Positions 1-13,781 of a stretch of DNA of 64,000 nt are shown here, one piece after another. The DNA is taken from NCBI GenBank assembly GCA_020137815.1, contig CM035355.1, forward strand, positions 8,246,001-8,310,000. Reading direction: 5' to 3'. This DNA comes from Hormiphora californensis (taxonomy: Eukaryota; Animalia; Ctenophora). Within the stretch, counting starts at the first letter, position 1; the number at the start of each line of letters is the position of its first letter. The notes below the pieces were generated by a model, which ran no database searches, was not told the origin of the DNA, and was given only the letters and a program-made list of their open reading frames with translations. The position numbers and the translations under genes are program-made.

Positions 1-1985
1 TTTAGTGATGAACACACAAGAAGAACTAGAAACATTACTTATTTAATTACTAATTAGTCAAGAATGATAAATAACCATGGTCATAGTACGCTATTATAAT
101 TACAATTGCTATATATTCATTCCGTTTACCAGGATCCTCATATTCTGTTTACTATAGTTAATTGGAGCAGCTTCCGGTTACTGATCTGTTTACGCGAGAC
201 TATGTTCCTACCTGTTTCTATACACATTATAATCACTATTCACTGTATAATACTGCAGTATATACAGTGCAATTATTCCATTTGACACGCGTTCTCACAT
301 TACACATGTACCGCTTTGATTAATTTGTGTTTCATATTTTACACGTGTTACATTTTTTGAATTCTTGCTATAGAATTAGAGTTAAACTTCTTGCTAGGTA
401 GACATAGTATTAGCATTTTCACTTGGCAGTTGGCATACATACAGGGGCAGAGAGAGAGGGGAGGGGGCACACACACATATGGGCAGGGGGGGGGGTATGA
501 TAATTTCATGGCTTGATTAATGTTTCAGAAGTGCTAATAATTGGCTAATTAGCAGTAGCTGTATTTCCCTTTGGCCCATTACCTAAACACACATACCTTC
601 ACACACAGATCACCTTGGGCCTATATCTGTTAATCTGATATCGTAGTGTACGAATTCAGTTAAATCATGTGCTTGTCGTTTAAATTTAGCACTTTTCAAT
701 TCAACTGCACTATATCTGGGGCCAAATTCCATAGTACGGTGTATTCTTAATTAGGAAGATAATTAGTTAATTACCTTCGCAATTAACTCTTTCCCCACAT
801 GAGACAAATTCCTGAGACATTTTCCCACATTTCGCGTCATTTCTCTAGTAGTAAATGCTTAGTTGCAGTACTTTTAGTAGTAAATGACTTGGAACTTCTA
901 TAAGAATTCACCTCTGGGGGAGAACGGGAGAGAGATCGTAGAGAGAGGAGAGATGGAGAGAGAGAGAGAGAGAGAGACGACAGATCGTAGCATCCCCGAC
1001 GAGAGATATACTCGACTAGATAGAGAGATAGAGCGATATAGAGTAGAGTGCGAGAGATAGAGGGGATGATCTCATAGAGAGATATATCGCCAGAGCGCGT
1101 CTTCTCTCCGCTGATTGTTGTGGATCGGTCTTATGGCGCCATACCCCATTTGATTCTCACACACACAGTGCGCTCAGATGGGTCGCGGCGCCAGACAGGA
1201 ATCGATAGGGTCTACTGGAGCACTTGCTCGCGATTGCGTCTAGCGCGCGGTGAAAGTGAAAATTGTTAGCATTTAGCACGCGCGTGCACTTTTGAGCCGA
1301 TTTTCGGTTCACGTGGTGCACGCGAAATTTCAAAAAAACGAATTTTTTTCTTTTTTTTTCAGTTTTTCTTTTTTTTCTTTTTCATTTTTTCTTTTTTTTC
1401 AATTTTTCTTTATTTTCTTTTTCATTTTTTCTTTTTTTGTTAAAAAATTCATCGTGCACTCATGCACCGCCATACAGGTGACTTGTTATAGACACTGGGC
1501 GATAGTTCACAGGTTTCGATTTAGCCCCCTTCTTGAATAATGGTGTTATGAACTGTTGCTTTAAGCAACTAGGGACAGATCCGTCTTCAAATGACCTGTT
1601 CCACAACATCCAAATCGGGTATGCCAGGCTACTGCTGCACTGTTTCAGAACAAAAGAAGGAATGCAGTCAGGAGGGGATGCTGAGTGTGTCCAAACTACA
1701 AAACAGAAAGTTCTAATTTTTTGAACATACCGAGGAAATTGTCTGAGCTACCATTACATACCGGAATTTTTCGATATTTTGGCCATTAACACTGTTTTTG
1801 TTTTTGGAAAACTATGAAGATGCTGGAATTTGGCTACAAAAACCTTCAGAAATGTGCAAAATGCCATTCCAAAGGTATTAGAGGTGGATTCATTGATAAC
1901 TAAGCTATAGTCGAGTCAGAAAAAATTCCACAAGATTGGAATTTTATGCCCATATATACCCTGCTAACTTAAATAACCCGCCAGC

Positions 1986-3428
1986 GGCAATTTCTGATTT
2001 GCCGCATACGGCGTCTAGACGGCGTCGCAACGCCGTCTAGACGGCGTCTAGACGGTATACCGTCTGGACGGGTTTCGGTGAAATCAGCTAAAAACGGTAC
2101 CGAAATTGCTTGAGACGGGTTATAGACGGTATCAGACGGTCTCTAGACGGGTTATAGACGGTATCAGACGGTGTTGCGACGGTATCAGACGGTCTCTAGA
2201 CGGTGTCTAGACGGTACCGTCCCGGTGTCTAGACGGTGTCTGGACGGTGTCTAGACGGTATCCGTCCGAAGTTGAGACGGCACGTCTGAAAATTGTACCA
2301 GACGCTGAGACGGACTTTTAGAACTCCGTCTGTATTTCAGACGGAGTTTTAAAAGTACGTCTCAACGCAGTCTAAAGGAAAATCAATGAAAGTACCGTCT
2401 AGACAACGTCTCAACTGAAACCGGTCAACATACCGTCTAAACAACGTCTAGACAACGTCTAAACAGAATCTCGCGATTCAGTTTCAAATACCGTCTAGAC
2501 AACTTCTCCAGCAATTTCGATAAGAATACCGTCTAAACAACGTCTAGACAACGTCTCAAATAATGATGTCTAGACTCGACCGTTTTCGAAGACCATTCTG
2601 GGTTACCCATGCCAGTTGGAATTAGTGGTAGATGTGTGCCTATTGAATGAAAATTACACATGTGTTTAACCAGCACAGTCGTACCGCGATGCTCGGGGAC
2701 GGGAAAGGGGTTATATCCTCCCGGTAATTTTCGTACCCAACTTCTTACATTCAACCAAACTGTTTTGGTATCTCCACATTCACTCTTACATCCAGCTATC
2801 GCGTTGTAATACAACTGTGAGATACTGTCTATGGCTGATACTATCAGTGATAGATAGTGTCGGTTATGAGACGTTGTTTAGACGGTATTCGTATCGAAAT
2901 TGCTGGAGAAGTTGTCTAGACGGTATTTGAAACTGAATCGTGAGATTCTGTTTAGACGTTGTCTAGACGTTGTTTAGACGGTATGTTGACCGGTTTCAGT
3001 TGAGACGTTGTCTAGACGGTACTTTCATCGATTTTCCTTTAGACTGCGTTGAGACGTACTTTTAAAACTCCGTCTGAAATACAGACGGAGTTCTAAAAGT
3101 CCGTCTCAACGTCTGGTACAATTTTCAGACGTGCCGTCTCAACTTCGGACGGATACCGTCTAGACACCGTCCAGACGCCGTCCAGACGCCGGGACGGTAC
3201 CGTCTAGACACCGTCTAGAGACCGTCTGATACCGTCGCAACACCGTCTGATACCGTCTATAACCCGTCTAGAGACCGTCTGATACCGTCTATAACCCGTC
3301 TCAAGCAATTTCGGTACCGTTTTTAGCTGATTTCACCGAAACCCGTCCAGACGGTATACCGTCCAGACGCCGTCTAGACGGCGTTGCGACGCCGTCTAGA
3401 CGCCGTATGCGGCAAATCAGAAATTGCC
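1986..3428. mobile_element. Foldback-type element with ~570-bp inverted arms
   Basis: 1986-~2557 is the reverse complement of ~2867-3428 (GGCAATTTCTGATTTGCCGCATACGG...CCGTATGCGGCAAATCAGAAATTGCC). The arms are built from GTCTAGAC/AGACGG subrepeats around a ~300-bp spacer. No transposase. Confidence 0.8.
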
Positions 3429-3858
3429 CCACTAGCGCGCTCTCGATAACCAGCCAGTCCAGCGGCAGATTATTTCCCACTGGCAGGTTATTTATTTTTA
3501 ACTCCTATGTTACATTCAAAGTGTGTGTAAATGATCAGTTCTTACTGAAATACAGAGGGAACATTGTTTGGAAGAGTTACACACTAAATTGGAGAGAAAG
3601 AAACAACACATTCCGCCAATTACTCTCTCTTTATCTTCCCTTTTGTTTCACTATCTCAATTCCTCTGTGTTATGTCTGGCATGCCCCATATCTTGTTATT
3701 TCTTTCTCTCTCTCCTTAGTAACTGTTACCAAACAATGTACACTCAATTGAGAGATGTTTTTGACTGTTTCTCAGTTCTCTTTGTGTGTTTTGATTAGTG
3801 TTCTCTCTCTTGTTAGTGTGTAATACTTGTAACAAACAACTAAAGCAGGGTATATAAC

Positions 3859-4047
3859 CTATAAACTCTTGCCACAGACGCGTTATAGGTTTAAACCCCT
3901 CCGCCTCTCCCTCGGCTACGCCTCGGGATCGTCGTCGTGATTTAAACCAGTTTATCCGCCAGTGGCGGATAAACTACAGCTACCTTCTCCCAGCGGCGCG
4001 CTGGGAGAAAGGTATCTGAAATAACGCGCCACTGGCAAGAGTTTATA
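3859..4047. mobile_element. Small MITE-like element
   Basis: Inverted ends TATAAACTCTTGCCA / TGGCAAGAGTTTATA and an internal hairpin AGTTTATCCGCCAGTGGCGGATAAACT. Confidence 0.55.
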
Positions 4048-4113
4048 CCTCATATAACCATCCCTGTCATTATTTCAATCTCTCTCTCTCTCTCTCTCTC
4101 TCTGATCCCTCAG

Positions 4114-7100
4114 GGGTTGATAAACAGGGGAGCGTGTGGAGACGTAGCTAATAATGCGGGGGTACCTGCTGTGACGGTGGTAGCTCAGTGCTACGATTCT
4201 CTTGGGGAACTAATACTAGACAAGTGAGTTGATCATTGCAAAGAGCGAATATCTATTATAAGCCAGCTACCGATATTAATTTGAGACGTTTTGGCCAAAA
4301 CCCCGAGACAAACACCAAAAGTGGTGTTGCCATTTCCCCACTCCCGACAATTACAATTACATTCGTAATACTTATAGGAAACTCTCTGTCCTTTCTGAAT
4401 AGATCATGTGAATTTTACCCATCATATTTCCACTTAACTTCATTGTGCATAACATTTTAATGGCCCTACTGTACAATAATTCCTGGTGTAATTATAATAT
4501 AGGACTCTTATTGGGCAGCCTCAACCACATACGGAAGCTGGTGCACTGTGTTAAATGTCTCGTACGGATGTGTATTTGTCACCATAGAGACACGTATATA
4601 TAGGAAACGGAGATAATTCGTCAGATTTGAGCAACTTTTGATGGTGCACAGTGAAGCGATGTGGGTTCAGGGTAACTTCAGGGGGACAGAGTTTTAAATT
4701 AGCACCATGCGGGGACAGTTCTATAATAACTCTACAAAAATAGGTTCAACTTCCTCTACCTTCATGAATACACATGAATATCCATAATACAGTGATTTAC
4801 CGACCTCCTCGGAGGAGGAAATTACTTTATGTTACTCAATTAATTAATTAACTAATTAACATTACAGGTATAAAAAGTACGACGAGTATGAGAACTCTAT
4901 CACCTGTAATTTGGAGCCACTGGTTAAAAGGGACATTGGTAAAACTGATATGGAGAACGCAAAGGGAAACTATTCTTTTTACCAGGTAAAATTGTTATGT
5001 TCTAACCCTTCCTCCTCGCGAAAAGAAGGTCGAGCTAGGCAACTTTAAAAGAGTTGGACTCACGGCCGTCACTATAATAGAGCGTTCCCGAAAGGGGTTC
5101 ACGCCCATGGCAACTGCCCTTATGCCAAATCAAATCACCACCTATACAAAATTCACAATGTCAGGTGTTAGTGTAACTAGTCACCCCTCCCTCCTAATCT
5201 AGGTGTTAGTTAGTACTGCTACGGGGGTAACTAATCACCCAGTTATTAAAGAGCTAACGGATAAGAAGTGGGATCTTTACGCTCAGAAACGCTTCATTTG
5301 CATTCTAGCTTGTAAGTATATTCATGAATTCTTACAAGACTGGTTGTAGTGAGAACAAACAACTTCTTCTTGACGCTTTAGTTCTGCAGCAGTAGTGGTG
5401 TAATTGTACAAATGTCGACGGAGCTACCACATTTGTGGTAACCACAAATGTGGTCATCGCTGTCAGACCAATGCTCTGACAGGGTCATCGCGAATCCATA
5501 CTGAAACTTGCTTTTTCTCTTTGTTACTGACACTAACCAATGGTATACATTGGCAGGTTTGGCGTTTTTCAACATATTCTGGACAGCTATCTACATCTGG
5601 CCCCACGCCCATGGGTCCAATCAATCTGTCATGATCCTGGGAGTGTGTGTTATGTTCCTAGGGGGATCTGGGATACTAATGCATATGTTTACTAACGCAT
5701 ACGTTATCTTGTGAGTACCTGCACAGCTGTTGTACTAATTTAATAGTACATATCGTGACTTTGTGGGCTTCGGGCTTCCAAAAGGGCAAAAGACCTAGAA
5801 GCACTGAAGCAGATCTATATAACCCATTTCGGTAATATTCCTACACAATTCATACCCCTACAACTGACAACAGTTAATTAATAACCCCTAATCCTCCTTC
5901 CCCCATGATGCAGTCGAAAAAGAAAGTTTGCAAACTACGTTGGCAATATGTATGACGAGGCTTATGAGTTTGAGAAAACATCAAAACACCCACTGACTGA
6001 GAACCAGTTCAAACACGTGAAGAACGAGTACAAGAAGAGCAGTAAAATCAGAAGTTTTGCCCCCATGATGGTTGTATTTTTCTGGAAATGTATTGTGGAC
6101 TGTCTGTGGTTGACATTCCTGGGTCTGAGGGTGCAGGCCTTTATAGCAGGGGACGAGCACCATGTGGATGAGATGGAGGGAGGTAATGGGACGGAGGAGG
6201 TCAGCGAGTACGCAGAGGGCGCCTCACTTTACCTAATTGGTGAGTACAGAGGGAGCCTCACTTTACCTAATTGGTAAGTACGCAGAGGGCGCCTCACTTT
6301 ACCTAATTGGTGAGTAGTACTGCAGGCCAGGGTCTAATTCAAAGAAAAATGTTACATATTTCCCTCCCTACACAACACCTCCCTCATGATAGTGAGTGAT
6401 ATCGTGATATCCCTCCTACTGATAATGACCCCTCCCTAGTGAGTGATATCGTGATATCCCTCCTACTGATAATGACCCCTCCCCCTCCCTAGTGAGTGAT
6501 ATCGTGATATCCCTTCTACTGATAATGATTTGGATCCAGCTGTTTGTGGCGTTTGCTATCTCCAAGACTGTGGGACGATTTGTGGTCTTCACCCGTGAGG
6601 TGGTTAGAGCTGTTCTGATCTGCTGAGCTGTATCGCATGCTCTGTGCTACATGATCTGCTGCTGAGTATCGCATATCGTGTTATGTGTCAAGCTGTTATA
6701 TCATGTATATGTTATGAGCTGCTAAGATATCAACACAAACCAAACTAGAATCCTAGCTTTGATAAAACTCTGAGCACCACAAGATAGTAAAATGTAACAC
6801 AGTGTTGTACTCTTGCTTCTGTACTTCAGCACTAAATTGATAAAGAAGGGTGTTTGGAAAATGTTTCCTCCAAGACCCCTATCATTAATTTTAGTAACTA
6901 ACTGGGTTACTATTTAGTAACTATAAACTGGGTGTAATACAGAATGTTTGGTTTGCGTTGGTGACATTGCAGCAGCAGTAGCAGTGACCCGCCCATTTAA
7001 TAACCCCCTGTGTACTAACCTGCAGGTAGTGAAGGACGTGGGACAAGTGTTCTCTGTGTACGTGGTGCTGTTCATTCCCATGACGGCCATCTTCTGGAAG

Positions 7101-10100
7101 ACTATCTACTCTCATTCTGATGTGGAGAGGTGGCATGTTAAGTGGTAGGTGAACACAGAACAATTATATAGGGTCCTGATCTCAATTATATACCCCCTAC
7201 TGAATTAGTCATTACCCTCTTTTCCAGCTCTGAATATGATCCATGATCTGCATCACCAGCACCTCAAATAGTATCTCTCAAATCAAATCTCTCCCCTATT
7301 ATAGTATCCCCGCCTTCCTGCATGTCCCCTTGTAATTAAATAAATCTTATGGAATGTGGTATGAATCTACCCATGGGGGAAATAGCCGTGTTTTGAACCT
7401 GAGGTTCAGGCACGACTGTTTTCCCCATGGGTATTCCATTACATTTAGCTATATGTTCTAATTTTACAGGTACGACGTACCCTTTGTTGTTCTTCGAATG
7501 CTGGTTGTCGACTATGACTACGCATTGGGAAAGGAGAGCGCAGAAAGCATAGGTATGTTATAACGCCCCCCTGGTTACCATGGTGTCGCCATGGTGACGT
7601 CATGGTGACGATCTCCCCTCTAACAAATTAACCCCCCTACACAGGTATTGGGCCGTGGTGGGACATCATTTCTATTGCATGGCTCCTTCTTTCAGCAATG
7701 ATCATGTTGAATCTCTTTATCGCACTCATGACCGACAGGTTAGCATTTTGTTTTGGTAACTACCCGGCTCAGAATTGTCACGCTACTAATTAATAATTAA
7801 GTGTTGTCAGATTCCACAACATGATATGCCACTTGTCTCACTGTTTCCCCGTCTTTTACCACCATCTCTTTCCTGTGCGTCCCTTATATTAAATACCGTG
7901 TTTCACTGATACCGTGTTTCACTGATACCGTGTTTCACTGATACCGTGTTTCACTGATACCGTGTTTCACTGATACCGTGTTTCACTGATACCGTGTTTC
8001 ACTGATACCGTGTTTCACTGATACCGTGTTTCACTGATACCGTGTTTCACTGATACCGTGTTTCACTGATACCGTGTTTCACTGATACCGTGTTTCACTG
8101 ATACCGTGTTTCACTGATACCGTGTTTCACTGATACCGTGTTTCACTGATACCGTGTTTCACTGATACCGTGTTTCACTGATACCGTGTTTCACTGATAC
8201 CGTGTTTCACTGATACCGTGTTTCACTGATACCGTGTTTCACTGATACCGTGTTTCACTGATACCGTGTTTCACTGATACCGTGTTTCACTGATACCGTG
8301 TTTCACTGATACCGTGTTTCACTGATACCGTGTTTCACTGATACCGTGTTTCACTGATACCGTGTTTCACTGATACCGTGTTTCACTGATACCGTGTTTC
8401 ACTGATACCGTGTTTCACTGATACCGTGTTTCACTGATACCGTGTTTCACTGATACCGTGTTTCACTGATACCGTGTTTCACTGATACCGTGTTTCACTG
8501 ATACCGTGTTTCACTGATACCGTGTTTCACTGATACCGTGTTTCACTGATACCGTGTTTCACTGATACCGTGTTTCACTGATACCGTGTTTCACTGATAC
8601 CGTGTTTCACTGATACCGTGTTTCACTGATACCGTGTTTCACTGATACCGTGTTTCACTGATACCGTGTTTCACTGATACCGTGTTTCACTGATACCGTG
8701 TTTCACTGATACCGTGTTTCACTGATACCGTGTTTCACTGATACCGTGTTTCACTGATACCGTGTTTCACTCATACCGTGTTTCACTCATACCGTGTTTC
8801 ACTCATACCGTGTTTCACTGATACCGTGTTTCACTGATACCGTGTTTCACTGATACCGTGTTTCACTGATACCGTGTTTCACTGATACCGTGTTTCACTG
8901 ATACCGTGTTTCACTGATACCGTGTTTCACTCATACCGTGTTTCACTGATACCGTGTTTCACTGATACCGTGTTTCACTGATACCGTGTTTCACTGATAC
9001 CGTGTTTCACTGATACCGTGTTTCACTGATACCGTGTTTCACTGATACCGTGTTTCACTCATACCGTGTTTCACTCATACCGTGTTTCACTGATACCGTG
9101 TTTCACTGATACCGTGTTTCACTGATACCGTGTTTCACTGATACCGTGTTTCACTGATACCGTGTTTCACTGATACCGTGTTTTTCTGATACCGTGTTTC
9201 ACTGATACCGTGTTTCACTCATACCGTGTTTCACTCATACCGTGTTTCACTGATACCGTGTTTCACTGATACCGTGTTTCACTGATACCGTGTTTCACTG
9301 ATACCGTGTTTTTCTGATACCGTGTTTCACTGATACCGTGTTTCACTGATACCGTGTTTCACTGATACCGTGTTTCACTGATACCGTGTTTCACTCATAC
9401 CGTGTTTCACTCATACCGTGTTTCACTCATACCGTGTTTCACTGATACCGTGTTTCACTGATACCTTATTCTCACTACAAGAACAGCAGTGATATTAAAT
9501 CTCTCCCCCCACCTGCAGATACACTCGGCTGGGTGACAGTGCCACCGCGCTGTGTAGCCTGCAAAGGGCCCAGTTTGTAGCCTCCTGTGAGTTGATTATG
9601 GGCAGGAAGCAGGTCCAGGAGTATTCGAACCAGATCATACAGAACCATCCCACTGTGACATTCGTCTGTGATGAACAGGATCACCAACAGTAAGTAGTGA
9701 TCTCCATGATATTGCCGGAGATTAGCGTATAATGGGATACCATTATATTTTTGACTACACCTCATACGTTATTACACTCATCCCTTCTAATTAACAACCC
9801 AGGATGCTGTTTTGCCCCAATATATATCCCCAATATGATTTTATGTGCCCAATATGCTCTGATGCGTGAATATCGTGATATCCCATTTGGGGTGCAAATT
9901 TTACAGCCGAAATAAAATGTGGTAAAATGGGATAGTACTTTTTGGTAATATGGGATATCCCATTTGGGCCAAAAAATGGTATCCCATTTGACCTAAATGA
10001 AGTTTTACACTACTACGACAGATGCTAATCATCATAAACAGACATTAGAGATGTCAGAGAGAAATACAAGGGGATACGTTATGATTCGTATCTATACATA

Positions 10101-11851
10101 GAGTCTGGCAGACATTAGAAGCTACTAGCTAGTAAATCGGCTGGAAAGATTGGAGCCGCGGGTCTTCAAACAGTAGCTGAGACGACAACCGCTTGCTAGT
10201 CTTGGGGGCCACAGCTGGTTTTCCCAACACTAGAACGACGTCATCGAGGTCAACCACTTTCACTTGTGCTTGATATTATGTCGCTCTGCGAGCTCGTAGG
10301 CCAGTGGACGGATGTCCGTTATCTTCAAACCAAATAAATGCGCCTCCAGTAGCAGGATCCTGTGTGATCAGTGATCACACAACTGCTGTTCCAGATCTGC
10401 AGACAAAATGGTAGTTCCGCTCCCCAGAATCTTCATGGCGCCCTCTGCAAACTTATTCTTCCCTTTCACTCTCCGTTCGAGGGTGCTCTTGGGCACGTTG
10501 AACAATTTCGAGGCCATGAGGTACCCACATTCCCCTGTCTTGACAGCTTTGATGGCCTTCCTCATACTGACAGTGTCCCAGCTTTGTCTAGTGGTTTTCC
10601 GAGTTTTTTGAGACGTGAAATCGCTGCCATTACGAATCTAATTAAAGAAAAGTAAATTTTTGGTCAAATGAGATACCAAAAATTTGGTAAAATGAGATAC
10701 CCCATTTGGCCAAACAGCAAACCATCCCATTAAACAAAAACAAGGCATGAAGTAAAATCAAGTTATCAAGTCATGAGATAGTTATTTATCACTAAATTCA
10801 TAGCAGGAGTGGAATGAAAATTGTTTAAACTAACCTATTGATCGGTCAAATCTAGCATACAAGTCACAACAAAGATAAGAAAGCGAGCTGAGCTCGATTG
10901 AACTTTCTAGTTGCGTTTTTTTCAAAGGGGACCCCTGTGTTATTTGCACTGTAATTCTCAGATGAGTTGTTGAATGTTATAAGAATGGTGTAAGATTATA
11001 TCAGAACAGCATCCTGTGTCAGAAAATCACGCACATCCCACAGTAATCCCTGGAGCCCAATATCCCATTTGACCAAGTATCCCATTTGAGGCGAATCTCC
11101 CTACAAACAAAATACCACAACTATAATGATACAGGGCTCTGGGAGAAAACAGTTGTGACTGGACCTCAGATTCAGGCACGACTGTTTTCCCCCTCTTATT
11201 TCTAGGGAAAGAGCTTAACTTCTTTTGGACCAGCGCGAATATGTTCCATGTTCCATTCCTGTATTCCAGCTAACAAATTCCTTCTTTTCTCCCCTCTACA
11301 GAGATCACCAGCTAACAAATTCCTTCTTTTCTCCCCTCTACAGAGATCACCAGCTAACACCCCTTTCTCCTCCCTCTACAGAGATCACCAGCTAACACTC
11401 CTCCCCCCTCCCTCTACAGAGATCACCAGCTAACAAATTCCCCTCCCTCTACAGAGATCACCAGAACATACTAACGGAGATGAAGGGAATATCTTCAAAA
11501 CTAGAGGAAATCACCAGGAGACTGGACCAAGTACCAGGATGTTCTAGTGGCAAGAACAGACCCAACACTGCCCTCTCAACAACATCTAGACCGGGGATGT
11601 CTCGGCAACTTTCAGCCGCTGCTGACCTCTCCTCCAACAGATCTCACTCCGCAGACAATTTCAATATTACAGTACCACCTCCACCCAGATCAAATTATCG
11701 GTCACCCAACTTCTCTCTGCCAATCAGGCAACCCAGTGAAACAGGGGAGGAGTTATCTAACCCATCTGTGAACAAGTTTAGGAATCTGCTGATGAAAAAC
11801 ACACCAGGCGATGGGGGAGGACCCTCGCCGACTGGGGATGAACGATGTTAA
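4114..11851 (+). CDS. Ankyrin-repeat TRP cation channel (TRPA/TRPV-like, possibly TRPVL-type), 5'-partial, 11 exons
   Basis: GT-AG exons with consistent phases: 4114-4223, 4868-4985, 5203-5311, 5557-5710, 5914-6239, 6493-6599, 7026-7144, 7470-7552, 7645-7738, 9519-9689, 11455-11851. Motifs: last ankyrin-like segment (LINRGACGDVANNAG), HPVIKELTDKKWDLYA (pre-S1), hydrophobic S1-S5, pore FVVLRMLVVDYDY, S6 MIMLNLFIALMTD, TRP-box-like LQRAQFVASCE, coiled-coil-like tail. Upstream ankyrin exons not found in the window. Confidence 0.88.
6206..6530 (+). repeat. Donor-echo (x3, 6206-6316) and acceptor-echo (x3, 6391-6530) repeats in one intron
   Basis: GAGGGCGCCTCACTTTACCTAATTG|GT(G/A)AGT occurs three times; TAG|TGAGTGATATCGTGATATCCC..CTACTGATAATGA occurs three times. 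Confidence 0.9.
7370..7431. mobile_element. Tiny palindromic element (also ~11141-11193, ~37471-37507)
   Basis: GGGG(A)AAACAG..GTG..TGAACCTGAGGTTCAGGCACGACTGTTTTCCCC hairpin family. Confidence 0.65.
7892..9464. repeat. 16-bp intronic minisatellite (ATACCGTGTTTCACTG)n, ~98 copies
   Basis: Near-perfect tandem array; G>C and TT variants are clustered in the 3' half. Confidence 0.97.
9714..11102 (-). mobile_element. Deleted pogo/Tigger-like DNA transposon in TRP intron
   Basis: Imperfect TIRs (GGAGATTAGCGTATAATGGGATAC versus the reverse complement of GTATCCCATTTGAGGCGAATCTCC). Minus-strand remnant RKTTRQSWDTVSMRKAIKAVKTG..ASKLFNVPKSTLERRV (HTH-psq) is followed by a CENP-B-type HTH (LEQQLCDH..FGLKITDIRPLAYELAE) with frameshift/stop. 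No DDE domain seen. Confidence 0.75.
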
Positions 11852-11985
11852 AACAATTAAACAATTAAACATTTATTTAATACATATATATATATTGACG
11901 ATATATTAAGGGTTGGGTACATACTAACATTATTCTCTTTTTAGTTTGTTGTTTTTTGATATTTTTTGTTGTCCACCACCGAACC

Positions 11986-12078
11986 AGGAAATACTGGTCC
12001 CTGATTGGCTGATAACCAGTCACGTGACCTAAATAACGAGTTCTGATTGGTTGTTTACTTGGTTCGGTCGGTTCCTGT
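11986..12078. repeat. Dispersed ~75-90-bp repeat (also ~14838-14930, 40466-40545, 58008-58080)
   Basis: GGAAATACTGGTCCCTGATTGGCTGATAACCAGTCACGTGACCTAAATAACGAGTTCTGATTGGTTGTTTAC at four loci. Confidence 0.9.
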
Positions 12079-12303
12079 TCACCACATGGTGGCCGCGCGG
12101 GAATTTCTCGCAAAACTGTGTGAAATATGATGTTGTTTTCTCTATTGTGCTCTTATTAAAAACCAAAACTTGCTAGGTTAATGAAATGTTATATTTTAGT
12201 TAACAAAAGATAAATGATTTATTTAATGGAGAGTGAAATTCACCAAAATAAAAGAAAATTGTGTAATATGTAGATAGACATTACATTTAAATTGATTTTA
12301 ATA

Positions 12304-13585
12304 CAGTCGGACCCCGATTTAGTGGCATCCTCGGGGGAAAAAAATCCTGCCACTAAATCGGGGTGCCACTAAATCGGGGAGATCCATATTTGGCCCATAA
12401 AAACCTATTTTATGCCCAAAATGCTATACTAAGACTAAAGACACCTCTAACTGTTATATGCAATATTCATGTATTGATGACATGATTATTTTTGATTAGA
12501 AAAAGAAAGCTATAAAATATTTTTTTCAAAACAAGAATTATTGCATTATGTATTCATAATGCGGTGTTTCCCTGCCCTCCGTCGACAGGATCAGTATCAC
12601 ACTATCAGTATCACAATATCAAGGCTTGGTCACAATGTGAGATGCATGCGTCCTGTATGTATGCAGTTACACAGCTGTTTTACTCTACCCTCACCCCTTC
12701 AGCAACAGTGTTGTGAGCGCTGGCCGCTGCGCACAGAAAAATAAGCGTCCTGACATCATATTTCATCAAAACAGTTATTTGATTTTATGAAGGAGCAGTT
12801 ACTATGCTGCTACCGTGACACACGCGATTTTGACCACGCTCGAGTTACTATTTCAAATCCGAGATTTCTAAACCCTTTATGATCTTTTTAGCACACGTGC
12901 TAAAACGATCATCCGGGTGGATGCCCTTCGGGCATCCACCCGGGCAGGGAAAAAATTGTGAAAAATTTTCTAAGTTATACCAGCCCGTCCGATTTGTGTT
13001 TCGAATCGGTGCAGCTTACTGAATGTCCTGTCTAATTAGACAGTTCGAAACGAACTGATACGTGATACCATGCCGAATCGGGGCACCCTAAGCGGGTGAG
13101 GAAGTATCAACATTTCAAAATAACTTTTTCTCTCAAAATTTATGGGGAGCACCGATCAAAGCATTGACAATCGTACTGTAAAATTTTGCAAAAAAAAGTT
13201 TTAAAATTTTTTAAAGGTATACCAGCCACGTCCGAATCGTGTTTCGAATCGGTGCATCTTATCGCAATATGTCCTGCTGCTAATTAGACGGTTCGAACGA
13301 ATCGAAACGTGATCCCCATCGAATCGAAATTTTGACGCTGGTGAACTTGTGATTCAATGGCCCCATGGGGATCACGTATCGGTTCGTTCCGAACCGTCTA
13401 ATTAGCAGCAGGACATGCGATAAGATTCACTGATTCGAAACACGATTCGGACGTGGCTAATATTCCTTTGAAAAATTTTCAAAAAAATTTCACAAAAAAA
13501 TTCAAAAAAATTTTTGGGGGAAAAAAATCGTGCCACTAAATCGGGGTGCCACTAAATCGGGGGCCACTAAATCGGGGTCCGACTG
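12304..13585. mobile_element. Non-autonomous Tc1/mariner/pogo-type TIR element
   Basis: TA|CAGTCGGACCCCGATTTAGTGGC ... GCCACTAAATCGGGGTCCGACTG|TA, with repeated subterminal GCCACTAAATCGGGG motifs. Confidence 0.88.
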
Positions 13586-13781
13586 TAATATAGATAGCAA
13601 AAACATTGATTTTTCAATTTTTTAACCAACCAAGCTCGCTACCCCTTCCCCTCTCTATTTCTTTCTTCCCCTCTCTCTATTTCTTTCTCCCTCTCTCTCT
13701 ATTCTTTCTTCCCCTCTCTCTCTATTCTTTCATCCCTCGATTTCGATCTCACTAAAACTAAAACATAAAGCATATTTTTTC

